DNA of 64,000 bases from Candidatus Iainarchaeum sp. (GTDB lineage Archaea > B1Sed10-29 > WALL01). The stretch is taken from NCBI GenBank assembly GCA_023129115.1, contig JAGMCR010000009.1:6121-70120 (forward strand), in the 5' to 3' direction. The notes under the pieces are model-generated. The model was not told the origin of the DNA and made no database searches. It worked only from the letters and a program-made list of their open reading frames with translations. The translations under genes and the position numbers were made by a program. Below are positions 53,501 to 59,805 of the stretch, piece after piece; position 1 is the first letter of the stretch; every line of letters starts with the position of its first letter.

Positions 53501-54353
53501 AAGCTGTTAGATTACCTTCAGTAAGGTTTCCCGGCTCGGCAGGAATGGCCAAGAAGTACGGCAGGCCTTCCCTCAGGAGCCCTATTGTCGCGTTGACCGC
53601 TTTTTGCGAGTCGCCGGGGGCGGGCTGTATGTCTATGGTCGAGTTGCCCACGTGCACCTGTGTCGTGGGGTAGGACGGGTAGCGCAGGATTATGGACGGC
53701 TCCTCGAGGGCCTGGCGGCACTTTTCGACCGGGACTTGCGCGTTTGAGCTGTTGGTGCACGAGAGCCAGTCGCCGTCCGCCTGCACGCCGTAGACGCTCA
53801 CGTTCACCCCCTCTGACGCGAGGTGGAAGACGAGCGGCACGAACGCGTCGACTGCTCCCTGGGGGTCTTCGCCGGGCTTTACCTCGAAAAAGAAGTTCAC
53901 TTCGGGGGAGTAGCCCAGCAATGCCGCCTTGAGCAGGGGGTTCCAGTGGTACGAGTAAAAGATTATGCCTGCCTGCTTGTCGCCGGCGGCGTTGTAGTCT
54001 ACGTAGAGGCCTTCCGAGTTGTGCAGGAGCTTGTGGCCGTTCTCGTCAGTGGCGTAGACGCTTATTTGCTTAAGGCCGACGTCGTCGTACGGCGAGACGA
54101 AGTAGCTGAAGAAGTAGCTGTTGCCCTCCTGCCTGTCAAGGGTGGCCTCGCGGTCCGGGAGGAGAACTGATATCTGGTTGAGCGGAATGCTGGAGTCCAC
54201 GCGTATCGTGGCGTAGCCTATGGCTGCGGGCTGGGGATGGGCGGAGACATTGAGCTCGGCGCGCTCGCTGTGGGACGTGCCGAAGTACGAAGTGATGCCT
54301 ATTGAAATGACGACTATAAGGGCGAGGAATATCCATTGCTTTTGTGCTTTCAT
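53499..54353 (-). CDS. Secreted protein with signal anchor, several N-x-S/T sequons, function unknown
   Basis: N-terminal MKAQKQWIFLALIVVISIGITSYF. It is downstream of, and possibly co-regulated with, the large surface protein gene. Confidence 0.55.
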   Translation of the reverse strand: MKAQKQWIFLALIVVISIGITSYFGTSHSERAELNVSAHPQPAAIGYATIRVDSSIPLNQISVLLPDREATLDRQEGNSYFFSYFVSPYDDVGLKQISVYATDENGHKLLHNSEGLYVDYNAAGDKQAGIIFYSYHWNPLLKAALLGYSPEVNFFFEVKPGEDPQGAVDAFVPLVFHLASEGVNVSVYGVQADGDWLSCTNSSNAQVPVEKCRQALEEPSIILRYPSYPTTQVHVGNSTIDIQPAPGDSQKAVNATIGLLREGLPYFLAIPAEPGNLTEGNLTA

Positions 54354-54375
54354 GGTATCAGCTAAGGGCTTTTTA

Positions 54376-54413
54376 GAATAAAAAAGAAAGGGGAAAGGGA
54401 CCTTATGGTCCCT
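54376..54413 (-). terminator. Hairpin plus oligo-T tract downstream of the surface-protein gene
   Basis: On the minus strand, AGGGACC-ataa-GGTCCCT (54396-54413) is followed by TTTCCCCTTTCTTTTTTATT (54376-54395). Archaeal termination commonly uses oligo-T tracts. Confidence 0.5.
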
Positions 54414-54424
54414 TCTCCGGGTTT

Positions 54425-56887
54425 TTAAAGTGCCTCAATCGCAGATATGAGACTGTTCACAGCCGAAGCAGTGTCCGAAGCGGTGTAACCCGCGACGTAC
54501 AGTGTGCTTCCGTCCAGCTCAGTCATCGTGGTGCCGGCACCAGTCAGCGTGCCCTCGGTCTTGCCGACCGCGAGCTTGTTGACGTAGTGGCCGCCGATAA
54601 CGATGGCGTTGCCGGTTGGGCTGGTCGAGTCACTCACAACGAGGTTGCTGGAGACAGTACCGAAGGTAACTCCGGTCGCAACAGACTCCACGTCACAGGT
54701 GAGCTCGGTCACAGTCACATCAGAGGTCACGTCGTACGGGAACGTCTTGGTTGTGTCGACGGTGAACGCACTCTCGCTCACGCCGGTTGTCTCGCTCACG
54801 CCAGGTGTCAGGGTTGCCCTGAGCTTCGCGTTTTCCTTGAAGACCTCGACCTCAACAGTTGAGGAGTCGGTAGCCTCAAGGTTCGCGTAGGCAAGCTCTT
54901 CGTACAAGAACCTGTCTTCACCAGACTTGTCAACGCTCTGCCTGATGTAGTCGCTGAAGACTTCCCTGATGCCCTCGTAGTCGCCACTTGCAGTCACGTC
55001 GTAGACGAAGCCGTGTACCGCGCTTCCAGGCGCGCGATAGATGGCCGCCACTAAGGTGTTGTTCTCGTAGACATACTCATGGCCCCCAGTGGTGATGTTG
55101 GTATAGTTGGTCCAGTTCCACATTGGGCCGGGCCACCACAGGTCATAGTAGTCACTCGTGATGTTCTGGTCTGCACCACTCATCACGTAGATGACGTCTT
55201 CACTGCCGTAGTCCATGTAGTCGCCCGAGGTCAGAGAGATGTTGACGTTCTGTGTTCCCTGGTTGGTGCTGACGGCTATTTCTTCCCAGATAAGCTGTGC
55301 GCCAGCCGTTGTGTTGTCGTAGCCAAGGAAGAACGGTCCAACTGCATTGACTGCCGCCATCTCGTTGTCACCCTTCGCGTTGGCAGCTGTTATGTTGCCG
55401 TAGTTTGAGAGGGTGTACTTGATGTCGTTCAGCTTCACGTAACTCTTCGCCTGGTTGGGGGCCGACCTATAGTAAATGGTGTCAATCTTGATTGGCTGTT
55501 CATTTGCTATAAAGTAGTCGCCCGACCTGAGCGGGAAGTAACCAATCTGGTTGATGGTGTGGTTGGTGAAGTTGTCCGCATAACCAACATAGGCGCTGGC
55601 ATTCTCTGCCAAGAACGTCTGGCCGCGGTAGTCAGAGTCGTCCCACATGTCGACGGTGTACTGGTTCTCGTAGGTGTCCGAGTACGTCAGCTCGTCAATG
55701 ATGTACCTGTCGCTCGACTCAGTGCCATGGATGGTAAACTTGTCCACCTCAATCTCGTTGCGGTCTGCGTTTGTTCCGGCGTACTTCAGGGTGAAGTACC
55801 CCTTCGGGCCGACAATCTCGGTCACCATATCGTTCTTCCCGTAGTTCTTGTTCAAGTAGAGGTCTACGTAGTTGGTGTTGGGTGGTGCGTTAACAATGTC
55901 GACCTTCCAGATGTCGCTGCCGGGGAACTTGTCGTTGTCAATTAGCTTCAGCAGCTCGCCGCCAACGCGGAGGGTTGCCGAGCCGCCCTGTCCAGGCGTG
56001 TAGGACTTCTGGACCGACTGCAGGTAGGTGTAGAAACCACCCTGGGTCGCGTCCTGGTTGTTGCCTGTGTCGAGCTGCGTGCTCACCGGGCTGGTAAGGT
56101 CGCCGCCGCTCACGGTCACTGTTGCATAACCAACGTTGACCACGCCGGTTTCGTCCAGGCTCGCGCTGTCGAGCGTGACCGTGTAGGTCAGGTCGCCGAC
56201 AGTCACGTCAGTGCTCTGTCCGATACCGAGGCTGACTTTCTCGCCCTTGACCAGGTGCATCTCGTTGGACGTCATCTTGTTCACGACATACGTCTCGCCG
56301 AGGAACACAATCTCGAGAGTCTGGTTCAGCTTGTTGTCCGAGTACGGGAAGTTCTTGATAAAGTCAAACCTGTACTTTACCGCCGGGCTGCCGGTGTCCT
56401 CAAAGTAGACACCGTGGTGGTCCTTGTCCTCCTCGTACTGCAGGGTCACGGCATTGCTCACGTCCACGCTTTCCTTGTAGTCGTATTCCAGGTTGTTGAA
56501 GGTAAACGTGCCCTTGTGCATGCCGTGGGCTTCACCCAGGGTCAAGGAGTCAATTGCTTCGTTGACAATGGTTCCGGTAACATCCTGATCCATATAGGTG
56601 CCTTCTGTCGGAACAGCGGAGGCGCCACTAACCTTCAGCTTGACGGTTCCGGTCGCGTCGGGGGTAACTGCCCCGCCGGTCTCGACGTATGCCTTGCGAC
56701 CAATCCTAGCGGCCAAGTTGCCCGCCAAAACAGCGTCGTCAAGGGAACCGACAACAATCTGAACATTGGTGTTGCCACTTACGTCCCAATAGAAGTCCTT
56801 TGCTGGCAGCGCAGCTAGAGCCGCACCGACAAGCAAAGCAGTACCTGCCGCCACAGCAGCTGCTTTCTTTATGTTTAGAGACTTCAT
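54425..56887 (-). CDS. Large secreted surface glycoprotein candidate (S-layer-like)
   Basis: Signal peptide MKSLNIKKAAAVAAGTALLVGAALAALPA. The 820-aa product is T/S/N/V-rich with many N-x-T/S sequons. ATG 56887 is preceded by GAGGTGA. The track start 56908 lies upstream of that Shine-Dalgarno site. Confidence 0.55.
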   Translation of the reverse strand: MKSLNIKKAAAVAAGTALLVGAALAALPAKDFYWDVSGNTNVQIVVGSLDDAVLAGNLAARIGRKAYVETGGAVTPDATGTVKLKVSGASAVPTEGTYMDQDVTGTIVNEAIDSLTLGEAHGMHKGTFTFNNLEYDYKESVDVSNAVTLQYEEDKDHHGVYFEDTGSPAVKYRFDFIKNFPYSDNKLNQTLEIVFLGETYVVNKMTSNEMHLVKGEKVSLGIGQSTDVTVGDLTYTVTLDSASLDETGVVNVGYATVTVSGGDLTSPVSTQLDTGNNQDATQGGFYTYLQSVQKSYTPGQGGSATLRVGGELLKLIDNDKFPGSDIWKVDIVNAPPNTNYVDLYLNKNYGKNDMVTEIVGPKGYFTLKYAGTNADRNEIEVDKFTIHGTESSDRYIIDELTYSDTYENQYTVDMWDDSDYRGQTFLAENASAYVGYADNFTNHTINQIGYFPLRSGDYFIANEQPIKIDTIYYRSAPNQAKSYVKLNDIKYTLSNYGNITAANAKGDNEMAAVNAVGPFFLGYDNTTAGAQLIWEEIAVSTNQGTQNVNISLTSGDYMDYGSEDVIYVMSGADQNITSDYYDLWWPGPMWNWTNYTNITTGGHEYVYENNTLVAAIYRAPGSAVHGFVYDVTASGDYEGIREVFSDYIRQSVDKSGEDRFLYEELAYANLEATDSSTVEVEVFKENAKLRATLTPGVSETTGVSESAFTVDTTKTFPYDVTSDVTVTELTCDVESVATGVTFGTVSSNLVVSDSTSPTGNAIVIGGHYVNKLAVGKTEGTLTGAGTTMTELDGSTLYVAGYTASDTASAVNSLISAIEAL

Positions 56888-56975
56888 TTGTTTTTTCACC
56901 TCATGCATCTGTAAAAAGATTTACATCAAGGATAGAGCAAGAGCCCTACCCTTGGTGAGCATAAATCACACTCCA

Positions 56976-56984
56976 TTTATAAAC
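56976..56984 (-). promoter_or_regulatory. TATA-like box of the surface-protein gene (long leader)
   Basis: Minus-strand TTTATAAAT lies about 90 nt upstream of ATG 56887. Unlike most genes here, a leader with GAGGTGA (56896-56902) is implied. Confidence 0.35.
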
Positions 56985-57080
56985 ATATCGCTTTATTATC
57001 GTCATTTTGCGAATATTTGGGTTTAAAGGGGTGTTGCCTGTTTGATGGATTCAGACCTATATAAGCCTATTTAAAAGCCC

Positions 57081-57716
57081 TCATTTTATGAAGATTTCCT
57101 TGCTTTGCTTGCGGTATTCCTTGATTGCGAGGTCTTTCTGGACCAAATTGGCTGCATAGGCCTGGAGGACTGAGGCTATATCCATGAGGATGCCCTGGGC
57201 CTCATTGGGGCTGATTGTGTACTCTTCCATGGGCTCCAGCTCTATTGAAGAGGGCCCATACGTCAAAACGAAGTAAACGATGTCCTCGAGCCGCTTTGCC
57301 GCCACATCAGCTTCTATCAGGTTGGTATAGAACGCGTCTTCCTTTATAATCTCGTCCTGGAGCGTGTTGCTCACTGCCACAATCTGGTCCTTGGCCATTT
57401 CTCCCACCATGTGCTTCGTGGCGTCCTCCAAATCCTTTTTTTTCTTGGCCTGGCCCTCAATAATGACGTGCGCCCTGAAAATGTGTGCTTCTGTTGGTTT
57501 TTCACCCATAACTCCTCGCCTCACTGCCTCTACAGCCCTGTACTTGGTTGGGTAGCCGCCCAGCTTTTCCACTGTCCTTAGCTTAATCAGCTTGGCCAGG
57601 TCGCCCTCGAGCTCGTGGAGCGGCATCCCAAGCTCGTCCCTGAGCTCTTTCGCCGTCTTCTCGCCATCGACAAGCGCCTTGGCAATCAGTGCCTGATTGC
57701 GGCTAAACCCGGGCAT
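57081..57716 (-). CDS. wHTH protein with uncharacterised C-terminal domain (211 aa)
   Basis: N-terminal wHTH-like IAKALVDGEKTAKELRDELGMPLHELEGDLAKLIKLRTVEK. Confidence 0.5.
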   Translation of the reverse strand: MPGFSRNQALIAKALVDGEKTAKELRDELGMPLHELEGDLAKLIKLRTVEKLGGYPTKYRAVEAVRRGVMGEKPTEAHIFRAHVIIEGQAKKKKDLEDATKHMVGEMAKDQIVAVSNTLQDEIIKEDAFYTNLIEADVAAKRLEDIVYFVLTYGPSSIELEPMEEYTISPNEAQGILMDIASVLQAYAANLVQKDLAIKEYRKQSKEIFIK

Positions 57717-57721
57717 AGGGC

Positions 57722-57730
57722 TTTTTATAA
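57722..57730 (+). promoter_or_regulatory. TATA-like box of the small membrane protein gene
   Basis: TTTTTATAA lies about 27 nt upstream of ATG 57753. Confidence 0.4.
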
Positions 57731-57752
57731 TTGGGTTTGTTTAAAAACGCTT

Positions 57753-58049
57753 ATGGTCAATCCCGCCAACTTCACGGCGCTGCCCATTGCATTTAACGAG
57801 CCGAGCGGGCTCATAGTGCTCGCCGTGGGCGCAGTCGTCGTCGTTGCCGCGTTCTACATATTCTTCCGCATAATCAAGGACGTCATCGCAAACGCCATAA
57901 TCGGCGGAATCGGCTTGATAGTGCTGCACTTCGCCGGCCCACACATCGGCGTCAGCGTGCCCATCGACTTGATAAACATCGTAATCGCCATCCTCGGCGG
58001 ATTGCCGGGACTGGCCATAATAGTCGTTTTCTCGGCTCTTGGGCTATAG
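57753..58049 (+). CDS. Small membrane protein, BofA-like (tentative)
   Basis: 98 aa with 3 hydrophobic helices. The pattern IANAIIGGIGLIVLHF...INIVIAILGGLPGLAIIV recalls the BofA family. I start at ATG 57753. Confidence 0.4.
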   Translation: MVNPANFTALPIAFNEPSGLIVLAVGAVVVVAAFYIFFRIIKDVIANAIIGGIGLIVLHFAGPHIGVSVPIDLINIVIAILGGLPGLAIIVVFSALGL

Positions 58050-58110
58050 CCTAGCTCAGTAGACTAGGGGGGCGTCAACTGACGCCCCCCCTAGGCTGGT
58101 TTGAATTAAG
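58050..58110 (-). repeat. G-run hairpin mini-element, copy c
   Basis: Plus strand: CCTAGCTCAGTAGACTA-GGGGGGCGTC-aact-GACGCCCCCC-CTAGGCTGGTTTGAATTAAG, with the stem at 58067-58076 / 58081-58090. Its two ends abut the TAG of the BofA-like gene and the TAA of the duplicated radical SAM tail. Confidence 0.75.
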
Positions 58111-58198
58111 TTATTTGAATACTCCAGCAATCTTCGCGCTGCACGACGGGCACTTCCCCTTGTCCACGTGGCTTTCCAGCAGCGCGAAGCCGTGCCGC
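58111..58198 (-). pseudogene. Displaced duplicate of the last 29 codons of the radical SAM gene
   Basis: The minus strand reads RHGFALLESHVDKGKCPSCSAKIAGVFK-stop, versus RHGFALLESHVDKGKCHSCGQKIAGVFK-stop in the real gene. 58149-58198 is identical to 58294-58343 (50/50). The last 39 nt differ at 14 positions. Confidence 0.8.
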
Positions 58199-58254
58199 AG
58201 CCCAAACCTGAGCTGGCGAGGTAGACTTGGGGGGCACAAAGCCCCCCAGAGGCA
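58199..58254 (-). repeat. G-run hairpin mini-element, copy d
   Basis: The reverse complement is TGCCTCT-GGGGGGC-tttgt-GCCCCCC-AAGTCTACCTCGCCAGCTCAGGTTTGGGCT. It starts 1 nt after the radical SAM TAA. Its flanks are nearly identical to copy a. Confidence 0.8.
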
Positions 58255-58255
58255 G

Positions 58256-59302
58256 TTACTTAAAAACGCCGGCAATCTTCTGCCCGCAGCTGTGGCACTT
58301 CCCCTTGTCCACGTGGCTTTCCAGCAGCGCGAAGCCGTGCCGCTTTATCAATGCCTCGCCGCAGTTGGGGCAGTGCGTGTTCTCGAACGGGTCGCCGGGA
58401 TAAGTGTTGCCGCAGTACACGTACTTCACGCCGCTCTCGAGCGCGATTTCCCTTGCCTTTACGAGCGTCTCGCGCGGGGTGGGGTTGGTGTTCCGCATCT
58501 TGTACGCGGGAAAGAACGCGGAGAAGTGGAGGGGCATGTTTGGGTCGAGGTCGTGCACGAACTCCGAGATTTGTAGTATGGACGCGTTGTCGTCGTTCTG
58601 GCCGGGGATGATGAGGTTGGTCACCTCGACCCAGGTCTTGTTCCGCTTCATTCTTTTTATTGAGTCGAGGACGTGCTGCATCTCGACGCCGCCGCACACT
58701 TTTTTGTAGAACTCTTCGTTGCCCTTTACGTCGACGTTGGCGGCGTCCAATTCCTTGTAGTCCTTGAGCATTTCTTTGGTCATGTAGCCGTTCGTGACGA
58801 AGACGTTCTTGATTTTTTGTTTGTGCGCGAGCACGCTGGTGTCCTTGGCGTACTCGTAGAAAATCGTTGGCTCCGTATAAGTGTAGCTGATGCTTGGTGT
58901 TTTGTACTCGCCCGCCAATCGCACGACTTCACTTGGCGGGACCTCGCGCTGCGGCCCGGCCTCCCACGCGGCCTGGCTGATTTCCCAGTTCTGGCAGTGC
59001 TGGCAATGCAGGTTGCATCCCACAGTCGCGATGCTGAGGGTTTCGGTGCCCGGCAAAAAATGAAACAGCGGCTTTTTTTCGATGGGGTCCGTGTTGACCG
59101 AGCATGGCTTGGCGTACGTCATTGCGTACAGGGTGCCGCGGATGTTCTCGCGCACCTGGCAGTTGCCCCTGCCGCCCTCGGGGATTTTGCACCGCCGGTT
59201 GCACAGGCTGCACTGGACGGCCTTGTCCTTGAGCTTTTTGTATAGGTACGCTTCTTTCACGCGAGAGACAAAGCGCCCCGCCGATATAAAGGTTTTGTGC
59301 AA
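58256..59302 (-). CDS. AmmeMemoRadiSam-system-type radical SAM enzyme (PflA-like activase family)
   Basis: CNLHCQHCQNW radical SAM cluster, an N-terminal CSLCNRRCKI cluster and a C-terminal CPNCG...CHSCG zinc ribbon. Confidence 0.75.
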   Translation of the reverse strand: MHKTFISAGRFVSRVKEAYLYKKLKDKAVQCSLCNRRCKIPEGGRGNCQVRENIRGTLYAMTYAKPCSVNTDPIEKKPLFHFLPGTETLSIATVGCNLHCQHCQNWEISQAAWEAGPQREVPPSEVVRLAGEYKTPSISYTYTEPTIFYEYAKDTSVLAHKQKIKNVFVTNGYMTKEMLKDYKELDAANVDVKGNEEFYKKVCGGVEMQHVLDSIKRMKRNKTWVEVTNLIIPGQNDDNASILQISEFVHDLDPNMPLHFSAFFPAYKMRNTNPTPRETLVKAREIALESGVKYVYCGNTYPGDPFENTHCPNCGEALIKRHGFALLESHVDKGKCHSCGQKIAGVFK

Positions 59303-59386
59303 AAATAATGCAAGGGTTTTATATAGTGGGAAAGCCGCAATAGTAGCTACGTGATAGCGATGAAAGGCGATTCACTTCACAAGGGC

Positions 59387-59555
59387 ATGGAAAGTTAGGC
59401 TGGACAAGAAGTTCAGGCTAGTTCTGCCTTTGGAAGCGAGGGAGTCGCTTGGAATCACGGACGAGGTTCTTGTTGTTTTTGACGGCAAAGCGGTAGCCAT
59501 AACCAATTCGAAGGGCGAGAGCGGGAGAGCTATTTCAAAGAATGTTGTTGAGTGC
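59387..59555 (+). pseudogene. SpoVT/AbrB (MazE-like) domain relic, start out of frame by one nt and no stop before the tRNA
   Basis: The frame from 59391 reads KVRLDKKFRLVLPLEARESLGITDEVLVVFDGKAVAITNSKGE. ATG 59387-59389 is separated from that frame by a single extra nt (G 59390). An in-frame TGA lies at 59361-59363. The frame runs through tRNA-His to 59654. Confidence 0.45.
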
Positions 59556-59628
59556 GGCTCGGGTAGTGTAACGGCTGGCACAGTAGGTTGTGGTCCTGCT
59601 AGAGCGGGTTCGACTCCCGCCCCGAGCC
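59556..59628 (+). tRNA. tRNA-His (anticodon GTG) with genome-encoded G-1
   Basis: Hand-folded structure:
- G-1
- acceptor GCTCGGG / CCCGAGC
- D stem GTGT / GCAC
- anticodon stem GTAGG / CCTGC with loop TTGTGGT
- 4-nt variable loop
- T arm GCGGG-TTCGACT-CCCGC
- discriminator C pairing with G-1
No encoded CCA. Confidence 0.85.
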
Positions 59629-59805
59629 CTAAACGAGGTGGTGAAGATGATTAAGGGTGTTTCACTTCACCAAAGCCTACTTTCTGGAGACGCAAGGCTC
59701 GGCAGCCCTCATAGCTGAAGCAGTCATTCTCAGGAATGGCATTGTTTGCAATGTAGAGATTATTGTTAATGGTTCAATGCGGGGCAAAGCAGAGGTGAGT
59801 TTTTC

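Noticed and set aside
6959-58247. Interpreting the G-run hairpins simply as intrinsic transcription terminators.
   Set aside because: One copy sits inside the por operon, one lies between divergent genes, and one lies inside an ORF. The hairpins are not followed by oligo-T tracts. The conserved non-palindromic flanks and bracketing duplications argue for a repeat-element family, although a secondary role in 3'-end formation is not excluded.
59430-59654. 74-aa track ORF (MEARESLGITDEVLVVFDGKAVAITNSKGESGRAISKNVVECGSGS...) as a real protein gene.
   Set aside because: Its C-terminal half is the translation of tRNA-His on the same strand. The TTG start truncates the AbrB-like domain. I treat it as a gene relic.
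59647-59718. Short ORF MIKGVSLHQSLLSGDARLGSPHS upstream of hisD as a histidine-attenuation leader peptide.
   Set aside because: It has only two scattered His codons and no His run. No terminator/antiterminator pair is evident, and attenuation of this type is not established in archaea.
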